From positions 32,001-96,000 of the forward strand of contig CAVTQK010000021.1 in NCBI GenBank assembly GCA_963736855.1: 64,000 bases of DNA, written 5' to 3'. A program made the position numbers and the translations under genes. The notes below the pieces were generated by a model. It was given only the letters and a program-made list of their open reading frames with translations, did no database searches and was not told where the DNA came from. This document shows, in pieces, positions 9,866 to 19,752 of this stretch (position 1 is the stretch's first letter; each line of letters starts with the position of its first letter). Origin of the DNA: an uncultured delta proteobacterium. GTDB taxonomy: Bacteria; Desulfobacterota; Desulfobacteria; Desulfobacterales; UBA2156.

Positions 9866-10360
9866 TTAATCCGGTTCCCGGTACAAGGCGATGTATCCTG
9901 TCCGGGCGATTTTTTTTATTCCCATGGGTTTGAGGAGATGAATCAGCGCTTCCAATTTTCCCCGGTCCCCGGTGGCCTCGATGATGTAATACTGAGGGCC
10001 CACATCTACAATTTTACACCGGAAAATATCTACCAGTCGCAAAATCTCATCCCGGTTTTCCCGTTTGGCCCGGATGCAAATGAGGGCCATTTCCCGTTTC
10101 ACGGCCCGGGAGCCGGTCATATCCCGAAGCTTGATCACGTTGATGAGTTTGCGCAGTTGCTTTTCAATCTGTTCTAAAACCAATTCATTGGCCTGGGTGA
10201 CGATAGTGATCCGGGAAACCGCCGGATCGATTGTTTCGGCCACACAAAGGCTGTCGATGTTGAAACCCTTTCCGCTGAACAGTCCCACAACCCGGGAAAG
10301 CACTCCGGGCTTATTGTCCACAAGCATCGTGAGAATGTGTTTTTCTTCGTTTTCCATCAT
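9866..10360 (-). CDS. ilvN: Acetolactate synthase small (regulatory) subunit
   Basis: VDNKPGVLSRVVGLFSGKGFNIDSL ACT domain; AAGGAG RBS before MMENEEK. Confidence 0.94.
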   Translation of the reverse strand: MMENEEKHILTMLVDNKPGVLSRVVGLFSGKGFNIDSLCVAETIDPAVSRITIVTQANELVLEQIEKQLRKLINVIKLRDMTGSRAVKREMALICIRAKRENRDEILRLVDIFRCKIVDVGPQYYIIEATGDRGKLEALIHLLKPMGIKKIARTGYIALYREPD

Positions 10361-10382
10361 TGCCGTTTCTCCTTTAGCGATA

Positions 10383-12074
10383 TCAAGCCAGAAGCATCTC
10401 GGTGATCGGTGAGCCCGCGGGGACCATGGGATAGACACATTCTTCTTTTTCGACGCGGAAGTCCATAATTACCGGACCAGGGGTTTCCAGGCCTTTACGC
10501 AAGATCGGCTCAACGTCGGAGGGGCGTTCCGCCCGGAAACCGGTTGCGCCATAGGCCTGGGCCAGAAGGACGAAATCCGGCCCACAGCTCATGCATGTGG
10601 CGGAGTAGCGTTTGTCGTAGAAAAGCTGTTGCCACTGCCGTACCATGCCTAAATAGCAGTTGTTCAGAATCACGACTTTTACCGGCAATTTATATTCTAC
10701 GGCTGTGGCCATCTCCTGGATATTCATCTGAATACTGCCGTCTCCGGCCACATCCACAACCAGCTTGTCCGGGAAAGCGATCTGAGCGCCAATGGCGGCA
10801 GGGAGACCGAATCCCATGGTGCCTAATCCGCCGGAGGAAAGAAAATGCCCCGGCTTTTCGAAGTGATAGTACTGGGCTGTCCACATCTGATGCTGGCCCA
10901 CCTCTGTGGTGATGAGTGCTTTCCCGTTGGTGAGCCGATACAGTTGATCAACAACATACTGGGGCTTGATGGGTCCGTCGGGATCCTGTTGATAGGCCAG
11001 CTTGTGAGTCTTGCGCCAATCATCGACCTGTTCCAGCCAGGGGCGGTGTTTGGCCTCCAGGTCTTGCATTTTCGCTTCATCGATCATGCGGTTGAGATGC
11101 TGCAGGCTGATTTTGCAGTCTCCCACCACCGGTACGGCAACGGTTACATTTTTACGGATACTGGTGGGATCGATGTCGATGTGAACGATCTTGGCCTGGG
11201 AAGCGAAACAATCGGTCTTGCCCGTAACCCGATCGTCGAAACGGACACCGATTCCGATCAGTAGATCGCAGGAAGCGGTTGCCATGTTGGCTCGGTATGT
11301 TCCGTGCATCCCGATCATTCCCAGGCTTAACGGATCGTTTCCGGGAAAGGCTCCCAGACCCATGAGGGACATGGTTACGGGAATATGGGTTTTTCGAGCA
11401 AAAGCCGTCAATTCCTCGGAGGCCCTGGAAAGAATCACACCGCCGCCGGCAAAAATTATAGGTCTCTGGGCCACTTTGATTAATTTGATGACCTCTTTGA
11501 GCTGTTTGGAGTTCGGTTCATAAATGGGGTTGTATGACTTGATTGAGACCCCTTCGATCGGTTTATAAGTCGTTTTTGCAACGGAAACGTCTTTAGGGAT
11601 ATCCACGAGTACCGGTCCGGGTCTGCCGGATCGGGCGATGTAGAAAGCTTCTTTGAGGATCTGGGCAAGATCCTCGATATGCGTAACCAGGTAGTTATGC
11701 TTGGTGCAGGGACGGGTGATGCCCACGATATCGACTTCCTGGAAGGCATCGTTGCCGATCAGATTAGTGGGGACCTGCCCGGTTAAAATGACCAGGGGTA
11801 TCGAATCCATGTATGCCGTGGCAATGCCGGTGACTGTGTTGGTCGCACCCGGTCCGGAGGTAACCAGGCAGACACCCACTTTCCCGGAAGCACGCGCATA
11901 GCCGTCGGCCGCATGTGCGGCTCCCTGTTCATGGCGCACCCGGATGTGTTGAATATCGGTCTTCATCAATTCGTCGTAAATTTCGATAACCACTCCCCCG
12001 GGGAATCCGAAGATCGTGTCCACTTGCTCCTCTTGGAGAACCTTCATTAAAATCTGTGCGCCGGTGAGTTTCAT
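10383..12074 (-). CDS. ilvB: Acetolactate synthase large subunit
   Basis: FGFPGG, RHEQGA, TSGPGATN, SGGLGTMG, GDGS..MN, GMVRQWQ motifs. Confidence 0.96.
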   Translation of the reverse strand: MKLTGAQILMKVLQEEQVDTIFGFPGGVVIEIYDELMKTDIQHIRVRHEQGAAHAADGYARASGKVGVCLVTSGPGATNTVTGIATAYMDSIPLVILTGQVPTNLIGNDAFQEVDIVGITRPCTKHNYLVTHIEDLAQILKEAFYIARSGRPGPVLVDIPKDVSVAKTTYKPIEGVSIKSYNPIYEPNSKQLKEVIKLIKVAQRPIIFAGGGVILSRASEELTAFARKTHIPVTMSLMGLGAFPGNDPLSLGMIGMHGTYRANMATASCDLLIGIGVRFDDRVTGKTDCFASQAKIVHIDIDPTSIRKNVTVAVPVVGDCKISLQHLNRMIDEAKMQDLEAKHRPWLEQVDDWRKTHKLAYQQDPDGPIKPQYVVDQLYRLTNGKALITTEVGQHQMWTAQYYHFEKPGHFLSSGGLGTMGFGLPAAIGAQIAFPDKLVVDVAGDGSIQMNIQEMATAVEYKLPVKVVILNNCYLGMVRQWQQLFYDKRYSATCMSCGPDFVLLAQAYGATGFRAERPSDVEPILRKGLETPGPVIMDFRVEKEECVYPMVPAGSPITEMLLA

Positions 12075-12104
12075 AGTAAACCTCTCCTTATGATTATTTG
12101 GATT

Positions 12105-12146
12105 AAAAAAAAATCCGTTATCAGTTTGGGGCTGATAACGGATTTT
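12105..12146 (-). terminator. Attenuator (Rho-independent) terminator in ilvB leader
   Basis: On the minus strand AAAATCCGTTATCAG-CCCCAAA-CTGATAACGGA followed by a 9-T run, 30 nt before the ilvB ATG. Confidence 0.9.
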
Positions 12147-12166
12147 AATTGGTTAGGATGTCGGTA

Positions 12167-12265
12167 TTAGGCCATTATCAACCCTTTTTCCTTCCGGTTG
12201 CCGATGAGGATTACCGGAAGGAGGAGAATAAGGATAAGGTTGATAACGGCAAAAAATCGATCCAC
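12167..12265 (-). CDS. ilv/leu operon leader peptide (32 aa)
   Basis: AAGGAG RBS + GTG; MDRFFAVINLILILLLPVILIGNRKEKGLIMA*; 13 of codons 7-21 are Ile/Leu/Val. Confidence 0.88.
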   Translation of the reverse strand: MDRFFAVINLILILLLPVILIGNRKEKGLIMA

Positions 12266-12295
12266 AAAAATCTCCTTAATCTAAATAATATTTTT

Positions 12296-12324
12296 CGTTT
12301 AACAGTACTGGAAATTCATGTCAA
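12296..12324 (-). promoter_or_regulatory. Sigma70-type promoter of the ilv leader
   Basis: TTGACA-17 nt-TAAACG with TGn extension; the -35 box overlaps the topA stop codon. Confidence 0.55.
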
Positions 12325-14600
12325 GTGGAAAATTTTTCTTTATGGGAACACCCCTCAGTCTTGCAGGTTATAAATGTTCCGTCACGCTTGGTGGTCTTTT
12401 CGACCAGGAAGCCGACGCCACACACGGGGCAGGGTTTGGGCACGGGCTTTTCCCACATGGCGAAAGTGCATTTTGGATACCGGCTGCACCCGTAAAAGGT
12501 TTTTCCCCTTTTGGATGTTTTTTCGACCAGCTCGCCGTTGCAGCCAGTTTCAGGGCACTTGACCCCCGTTTTCTTTTCCGAGCGTTTCAGGGAAATGGAT
12601 CGAGCGTTCTTGCACTCCGGATAACCGCTGCAGGCCAAAAAATTCCCGTATTTGCCCTGTTTGATGAGCATGGGGCGACCGCATTTTTCACATGTCTCAT
12701 TCGACGGCTCTCCCTGGTTCTGACCGTTGGCATGAATCCTTCCTTTTTCGTCACGGATGTAATTGGCCGTATAGGTGCATGCAGGGTATCGATTACAGGC
12801 TAAAAAAAGCCCGTTCTTTCCCATCTTGATATGGAGCATCCCTTCGTTGCAGGCCGGACAGATTAGACCGGCGGGGATTCCCACTCCCCTGAGGCTCAAC
12901 ATTCCTGTGGCGGCCTGTTGGAAAGCCTTCTGAAAATCCTCATAAAAGGCAGCGATCATCTTAAGGTAATCCATTTCGGCCGCTTCGATTTGATCCAGGT
13001 GGTCTTCCATCTTTGCGGTAAAGTCCACGTTGACTAAATCCGGAAAACTTCCGACCACCAGATCGTTGACGATGAGCCCGAGTTCGCTGGGATGAAAATA
13101 TCCTTTCACCAGTTCCACATACCCTTTATCCCGGATGGTCGAAAGAATGGTGGCATACGTACTGGGTCTGCCGATTCCGTTTTCTTCAAGTTCCTTGACC
13201 AGGGATGCTTCGGAGAATCGTGGCGGGGGTTGCGTGAAATGCTGTTTGGGTTCCAGCTTTTGCAGGGAAAGCCGCATGCCTTTGAATAGGGCCGGGAGCA
13301 TTTCCTTTTCTTCTTTTTCTTTCGTTTCGTCATCGATAGACTGGTAAAGCGTCATGAAACCCGGAAACTGGACCGTGGATCCGCCGGCCACGAAACGGTA
13401 GGGCCCGGCGCTGATGGACACGGTTACTTTATCGATGAGGGCGGGTTTCATTTGGGAGGCCACGAAGCGTTTCCAGATCATCTCATAAAGAGCCAGTTGG
13501 TGCTTATCCAGGAAAGGCGCGACTTTTTCCGGGGTATTGTATACGGAGGTGGGCCGAATAACCTCATGGGCATCTTGGGCCTTTTTTTTGTTCTTGAAAA
13601 TACGGGGAGTATCAATTGCAAAGCCCTGGCCGAAACGTTCCCGAACAAGGGCGATGGCTTCTTCGGCCGCTTCCTTGTTGATACGGACGGAATCGGTGCG
13701 CATATACGTGATGAGACCAACAGGTTCCCCTGGCCCCAAATCAATACCCTCGTAGAGTTGCTGAGCGATGATCATGGTCCTTTTGGCCGAAAAGTGCAGC
13801 TTTCGAATCGCTTCCTGCTGCAGTTTACTGGTGATGAAGGGGGGCTGCGGGGATTGGGTGACGGTTTTTTTTAAAACGTCTTCGACGATAAACAGACGAC
13901 CGGCAAGGTCGGAAAGTATCTCTTGACAGGACGCTTCGTCCGGAATTCGGAGCTTCTTTTCGGCCTTTTTGGATAATTTTGCAGTGAAGGGCGGCGGAGT
14001 ATCTGCTGAAAGGTGTGCTGTGATAGACCAATATTCTTCCGGTGTGAAGGCCTGAATCTCCCGTTCTCTTTCACAGATGATCCGTACGGCTACGGACTGG
14101 ACGCGGCCGGCGCTTAATCCTTGTTTTGCCTTGCGCCATAACAAAGGAGAAATGTGGTATCCCACGAGCCGATCCAGGACACGGCGGGCCTGCTGCGCTT
14201 CAAACTTATTAAGATTCAAGGACTCCGGGTTCCGAATCGCAGTCAGAATGGCATTTTCGGTGAGCTCGTGAAACAGTACTCTATGAAAGCGCCTTCCTTT
14301 TTTTTCAAGCACCTCTGCGGTATGCCAAGCAATGGCTTCCCCTTCACGATCCGGATCGGGCGCCAAATAGACATCCGTAATATTTCCTGCCGTCTGTTTG
14401 AGAGATCGGATAACCTTCTCTTTACCGGGTATGATTTTATATACCGGCATGAAACCGCCCTCGATATCAATGCCCATTTCCCTTTTAGGGAGATCCTTGA
14501 TATGTCCGACGGTAGCTGCGACGGCATAGGTGTTGTCGAGATATTTTTTCAGGGTTCTAACTTTCGTGGGCGATTCCACGATGACCAGGCTTTTTTTCAA
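12321..14600 (-). CDS. topA: DNA topoisomerase I
   Basis: IVESPTK, DPDREGE, SAGRVQS, ITYMRTD motifs and C-terminal Zn ribbons. Confidence 0.97.
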   Translation of the reverse strand: MKKSLVIVESPTKVRTLKKYLDNTYAVAATVGHIKDLPKREMGIDIEGGFMPVYKIIPGKEKVIRSLKQTAGNITDVYLAPDPDREGEAIAWHTAEVLEKKGRRFHRVLFHELTENAILTAIRNPESLNLNKFEAQQARRVLDRLVGYHISPLLWRKAKQGLSAGRVQSVAVRIICEREREIQAFTPEEYWSITAHLSADTPPPFTAKLSKKAEKKLRIPDEASCQEILSDLAGRLFIVEDVLKKTVTQSPQPPFITSKLQQEAIRKLHFSAKRTMIIAQQLYEGIDLGPGEPVGLITYMRTDSVRINKEAAEEAIALVRERFGQGFAIDTPRIFKNKKKAQDAHEVIRPTSVYNTPEKVAPFLDKHQLALYEMIWKRFVASQMKPALIDKVTVSISAGPYRFVAGGSTVQFPGFMTLYQSIDDETKEKEEKEMLPALFKGMRLSLQKLEPKQHFTQPPPRFSEASLVKELEENGIGRPSTYATILSTIRDKGYVELVKGYFHPSELGLIVNDLVVGSFPDLVNVDFTAKMEDHLDQIEAAEMDYLKMIAAFYEDFQKAFQQAATGMLSLRGVGIPAGLICPACNEGMLHIKMGKNGLFLACNRYPACTYTANYIRDEKGRIHANGQNQGEPSNETCEKCGRPMLIKQGKYGNFLACSGYPECKNARSISLKRSEKKTGVKCPETGCNGELVEKTSKRGKTFYGCSRYPKCTFAMWEKPVPKPCPVCGVGFLVEKTTKRDGTFITCKTEGCSHKEKFST

Positions 14601-14699
14601 AACGTCCGATTCCTTCGATTTATTATTTGCTTCAGTAATTCGATGAAAAGCCCTCGCCTTTGGGCAAGGACTTTCATTCGATTCTTATCCGTTTCTTGA

Positions 14700-15812
14700 T
14701 TACCCACCCGATCGGATGAACTGTTTTCCAGGCATCTGTCGCGCCAGTCCTTCCACTTCAAGCATCAGCAGGATTCCGGCCAACTTCCCCGGATCCATGG
14801 CGAGTTTTCTGACCAGATCGTCGATATGGATGGGGTAGGGTTCCAGTGCGTCCAGGACTATGACCGCTTCCGGAGTCAGGGAGGGGTGTTGGGTCGATGC
14901 CGGCTCTTTTTCCGCGTGTTTGTCTGTCGGCGGTTTCACATTCAAAAGATGACCGATTTCTTCCAGGATGTCGCCCGCATTCTCCACCAGCTTGGCGCCC
15001 TGTTTGATCAGGGCATGAGTGCCCGCACTTTTATGAGACTCGATGCTGCCGGGGACAGCAAATACCTCCCGGCCTTGATCCGCAGCCAGACGGGCGGTGA
15101 TGAGGGATCCGCTTTTCCGTGCCGCTTCAATAATTACGGTCCCCAGGCTCATCCCTGCGATAATCCGATTTCTTTTGGGAAAATGATGGGGCAACGGCTC
15201 CTCGGCCAAGGAAAACTCTGAGATCGCCGCCCCGTTTTCAGCGATTTGATGAAAGAGTTTTCGGTTTTCCGGGGGATAAATCTGTTCCAGTCCGGACCCC
15301 AGCACGGCGATGGTTTTGCCGCCTCCGGAAAGGGCCCCCTCGTGAGCCGCACTATCGATTCCCCTGGCCATGCCGCTGACGATGGTGACCCCGTAAGAGG
15401 CGACTTCTGCACAAAGTTTACGTGTCGTGGCCAGGCCATACGATGTGGCTTTTCGGGAGCCCACGACGGCCAGGCAGGCGGCCTGTCCGTCCAGAGTGCC
15501 GTAGCAGTATAAAAAAAGAGGCGGGTCGGGGAGTTCCCGCAACAGGGCCGGGTATTGCGGGTCGATCATGGTAACAATCTGATATTTTCTTTTTGCGGCA
15601 AGGTCGATTTCTTGTCTGAGTCGATCCGGCGCCCGATAGTTGAAAATTGCAGAGATCAGTCTCGGTGTCATCCCCGGTATCTCCAGAATATCTTCGGGAT
15701 TTGCCTGAAAAACCCTTTCCGGAGACTGATAGCGGTCGATGAGCCTTTTGCATAACAAGTCCCCGATTCCCGGTACGCTTTTGAGGGTCAACCAGGGGAG
15801 AAGATCTTCCAT
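14700..15812 (-). CDS. dprA: DNA-processing protein DprA
   Basis: VVGSRK, VSGMARGID, FPKRNRIIAG, SGSLITA motifs; usual dprA-topA synteny. Confidence 0.95.
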   Translation of the reverse strand: MEDLLPWLTLKSVPGIGDLLCKRLIDRYQSPERVFQANPEDILEIPGMTPRLISAIFNYRAPDRLRQEIDLAAKRKYQIVTMIDPQYPALLRELPDPPLFLYCYGTLDGQAACLAVVGSRKATSYGLATTRKLCAEVASYGVTIVSGMARGIDSAAHEGALSGGGKTIAVLGSGLEQIYPPENRKLFHQIAENGAAISEFSLAEEPLPHHFPKRNRIIAGMSLGTVIIEAARKSGSLITARLAADQGREVFAVPGSIESHKSAGTHALIKQGAKLVENAGDILEEIGHLLNVKPPTDKHAEKEPASTQHPSLTPEAVIVLDALEPYPIHIDDLVRKLAMDPGKLAGILLMLEVEGLARQMPGKQFIRSGG

Positions 15813-15815
15813 CCT

Positions 15816-16857
15816 CTATCTCTTCTTGGGCCGAGCTTGGAAGGTCAACAGGAACGGGCTGGCGATATAGACCGAGGAATAGGTACCGACGATAATGCCC
15901 ACTATCATGGCAAAGGCAAAATCGTGGATGATGCCGCCCCCGAAGAGGAATAGGGCAAAGACGGCGATTAACGTCGTCAGCGATGTGAGTATGGTACGGC
16001 TCAGTGTTTCGTTTACGCTTCTGTTGATGATGAACTCGAGGGGTTTTTTGTGGTATTTCCTCAAATTTTCCCTGATCCGGTCGAAGACGATGATGGTGTC
16101 GTTCAGGGAATAGCCGATAATGGTCAAAATGGCGGCGATGATCGGAAGAGAAAACTCTTTGTCGAACAGAGAAAAGACACCTACCGTAATGATGACGTCG
16201 TGTATCAGGGCCACGATGGCGCCCAAGGCATATTTCAGGTTTAACAACCAGAAGAGTACCAGTGTCACGATCATGGCGAAGACGATCAATATCGGAATGC
16301 TTACGGTGAACAAGTTGAGCAGATAAACGGCTCCGATCAGGGCCCCGGCCATGACTCCGCTCAAGATCCACTTGAATTCGAAACGCCCGGAGATGTAAAT
16401 GGCGATGAGGAGAAGGGAGAAGAATATGGCAAAAAGCGCCTTCTCCCTGAGATCTTTTCCAACCTGGGGCCCCACCATCTCCACGCGGCGGATGTCGGCT
16501 TGCTTGGTTGTCGAAGTCGTCAAAGCCTTTTTGATATCTTCCGAAAAGCCTTCGGATGCCGTGACGGCCTTATCAATCCGGATTAAATATTCGTTATCGG
16601 CTTTTTCCCCGAAAGACTGAACAGTCGTCCCTTCAAGACCTAGGGTGCGCATCCCTTCTTTCACGCCGGAAATTGACGCCGGGCCGGCAAACTTGACCTG
16701 AATGATGGTGCCTCCCGAGAAATCGATGCCGTATTTCGGCCCCCCATGGAATACGAGAGAAGCAATGCTGATCAGAATCATCGCTCCGGAAAGCCCGAAG
16801 GCGATCATTTGTCTTGATTAAGAAGTCGATATTGATGTCGGGTTTGATGAATTGCAT
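15816..16857 (-). CDS. secF: Protein translocase SecF (one extra base near 16815 separates the N-terminus)
   Basis: GIDFSGGT, VGPQVG, IGYSLNDTIIVFDRIRE motifs; the N-terminus MQFIKPDINIDF lies in another frame; span 1042 = 3n+1. Confidence 0.9.
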
Positions 16858-16921
16858 CTGTATTGTCCTTTGATGCATCTCGCTTAATAGAGAGACGTCT
16901 TATCAGGCGTTAACCCTATAA

Positions 16922-18500
16922 TTAAATACTCATCCGCTTCATTTTCCGGTTGATCAAAAGATAATCGAAAATTGCCCGGGTCAAAATCAAGGCCGTAAAC
17001 ATGCTGGAGCAAATCCCGAGACTCAGTGTGACGGCAAATCCCTTGACCGGTCCGGTCCCGAATTGAAACAGAACCAGAGCGGCGATGAGGGTGGTGATGT
17101 TGGAATCGAGGATCGTCAGGGTGGCTCGATCAAAGCCGGCCTCCATGGAGGCCCGGGCAGTCTTTCCAAGCCTCAATTCTTCACGGATGCGCTCGAAGAT
17201 GAGCACATTGGCGTCCACCGCCATGCCGATGGTCAGGACAATCCCGGCGATACCGGGGAGGGTGAGTGTGGCCTGGAACCCCGCCAGTCCGGCGGCGATC
17301 AGAAAAATATTCACGATGAGGGCCAGGTTGGCGATGAGGCCCGACACCTTATAGTAAACAGCCATGAACAGGATCACCAGGAGGCCGCCGATGACTCCGG
17401 AAAGAAGACCTTTCCGGATGGAGTCGGTCCCCAGGGAAGGGCCGACGGTCCGCTCTTCGATGATTTCGACCGGAGCCGGGAGCGCACCGGCCCGCAACAC
17501 GATGGCCAGATCTCGGGCTTCTTCCAAGGTGAAGCTTCCGGTGATGCGGGCTTGCCCGCCGCTGATTTTTTCCTGGATGACCGGGGCGCTGTAGACATTT
17601 TGATCCAAAACGATGGCCAGGCGTTTCTTGACGTTTTCCTCGGTGATCCGTTCAAAGATCCGTGCCCCTTTCTTATCGAAGGATAGGGAAACATGGGGCT
17701 CGTTATACTGGGAATCGATCTCCACCCGGGCCTCGGTAAGGTAGGCGCCGGTCAACAGGGAACGCTTCTTCACCAGGTAAGGGGTCTTGAGAATCCGCTG
17801 GGTCTTGGGGTCTGTCTGGGTCTGATAGAGAATTTCTGCACCCGGCACCACTAAGCCTTTCAAGGCATCTTCGACGGCATGAGTTTCATCCAGGAGCTTG
17901 AATTCCAAGAGCGCGGTTTTGCCGATGAGGTCCTTGGCGCGTTGTGTTTCCTTAATGCCCGGAAGCTGGATCAGGATCCGTCTTTCGCCTTGGCGGCGGA
18001 TATCGGGTTCGCTGACCCCGAATTGATCGATGCGGTTGCGTATGGTCTCGAGCGCCTGACCGACGGCCAGTTTTCGAATATTTTCCTTTTCTGTCATCCG
18101 GGAGGTCCATCTGGACTACAAGAATTTCTCCCTGTGTGGATTTTTCGAGGATCCGCAGTTCCTTGAATTCCTTGTCCAGGATTTTTTCGAAATCGGCAAC
18201 CCTCTTGGGGTCTTCGATCCGGATGGAGACTTTATCTCCTCCCACCCGCTCGGTTACGACTTGACGGATACCCTCTTTCCAAAGAAGCTCCCGAAGTTCC
18301 TGAAGAATCCGTTCCATCGTGCTTTCTACGGCCTTTTGGGCATCGACTTCCAGCACCAGGTGCATGCCTCCTTGGAGATCGAGGCCTAAATTGATGCGTT
18401 TTTTCGGCCACCAGTTCGGGTTGAAGCTGGGGATCAGATACACGACAGCAATGGCCATCACCCCGAGGGTGACCATTGTTTTCCATGAGATGCGTTTCAC
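16922..18500 (-). CDS. secD: Protein translocase SecD (split by a +1 frameshift near 18097)
   Basis: LGLDLQGG in the 5' ORF; IRNRIDQFGVSEP and IGMAVDANVLIFERIRE in the 3' ORF; GTG start at 18500, span 1579 = 3n+1. Confidence 0.9.
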
Positions 18501-18650
18501 AATGATTTTTCCCTTTCGTCCGGAAGCGCGCCTATTGAATAAGAAAAGCCCCAAAAGGGGTTTTGTTAAGGTTTGCTTCCGTCTGACATCAGAAAACTGA
18601 CAAAGGCAAAGACGGTGCAAAGGCGCATTTTCGGGGGCTTAACGAACCTT

Positions 18651-19013
18651 TCAGGCGGATTTTTTATTCTCCTCCTTCGGTGCCGGGGGAGCCGCTGCAG
18701 CCTTCACCAGCCCCGCCACATTCCCCCGGTTCACCTTAACCCGAACCTTTTCGGCGATCTCGACGGTGAGCGTGTTCTCGTCAGCTCCGGTGATGATTCC
18801 ATGGATACCCCCTGAAGTGATGATCCTGTCCCCTTTTTTCAGGTTTCCGATCATTTCCCGTTGATCCTTGCTCTTCTTCTGCTGGGGACGAATCAGAAGA
18901 AAGTAAAAAATTACGAACATCAAAATGAGCGGAATGAATGCCGTAAATCCGCCTCCCGCACCTTGTCCGCCCCCTAGTCCTCCCTGGCCCATGGCATACG
19001 CTAGACTGGTCAA
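18651..19013 (-). CDS. yajC: Preprotein translocase subunit YajC
   Basis: FYFLLIRPQQKK, LKKGDRIITSGGIHG; AAGGAGG RBS before a TTG start. Confidence 0.93.
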   Translation of the reverse strand: MTSLAYAMGQGGLGGGQGAGGGFTAFIPLILMFVIFYFLLIRPQQKKSKDQREMIGNLKKGDRIITSGGIHGIITGADENTLTVEIAEKVRVKVNRGNVAGLVKAAAAPPAPKEENKKSA

Positions 19014-19065
19014 AATCAATGCCTCCTTGAATTCAAAGTGTTTTTCAAACGAAAATAAAGCCCGG

Positions 19066-19752
19066 TCAGTCGGGCTTAGTGCTTTTATTTCCTGGCGATT
19101 CTGATGGCCATTCCATTTCGATATTCCCGCGAACACCGGTCACGATCAGTCGCATCGATGGGCTTTCCTTCTCGGCTGATAGCTTTGGAAACTGTACGGT
19201 GTACATGGATTTCCACGGATTGATGTATGGGAAAAAATGCTTCATCGAAGCATCTACCTTATTCTTTTGAATGGTTGCCGGTTGAATTCGGCTCCCATCG
19301 CACTGAACCAAATAGATTTTCCAGGACGGATTTTTCCGGTCAAAGTCATCCAATTGCTTGTCCGGGACATAGGTGGCGATCATGAACTCGTCGACATTCT
19401 GTGCGGCCTCGGTTTCCTTTTGTCGTATGTCCTGTATCTGCGCCTCATCCAGTTTATAGACCCGAGAATATTCTTGAAGATAGGCCCTCCTGAAATCGCT
19501 GGATTTGTAAGTCGCATTGGCCAGCAATTCGAGTTCGAGTCCCCTGTAAATCCTGCCTTCCCGGGTGTATTTCTCGACAGCCTGTGGATAGTTGCCGCCC
19601 TCGTAGGGTTCTTCCCACCCCACGAATCGTCTGACGGAAACTTCCCGCGTGCAGCCGATGGCGAGAAAAAAGATTATGGCAATGGCCAGGGCCGGACGTC
19701 CGTGCACTCCGGATTCGGGCAGCCTATTTCTTCCCACGGGGTCTCCTTGCAC
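19066..19752 (-). CDS. Hypothetical lipoprotein
   Basis: Hydrophobic stretch ending LAIGC (lipobox-like); fills the purB-yajC gap; start uncertain. Confidence 0.7.
   Translation of the reverse strand: MQGDPVGRNRLPESGVHGRPALAIAIIFFLAIGCTREVSVRRFVGWEEPYEGGNYPQAVEKYTREGRIYRGLELELLANATYKSSDFRRAYLQEYSRVYKLDEAQIQDIRQKETEAAQNVDEFMIATYVPDKQLDDFDRKNPSWKIYLVQCDGSRIQPATIQKNKVDASMKHFFPYINPWKSMYTVQFPKLSAEKESPSMRLIVTGVRGNIEMEWPSESPGNKSTKPD

Noticed and set aside
15418..16371. 317-aa same-strand alternative-frame ORF across secF/dprA
   Set aside because: Arg/His-rich off-frame translation typical of GC-rich coding DNA
18544..18568. Short hairpin between yajC and secD as a terminator
   Set aside because: Short stem with an interrupted U-tract; too weak to call
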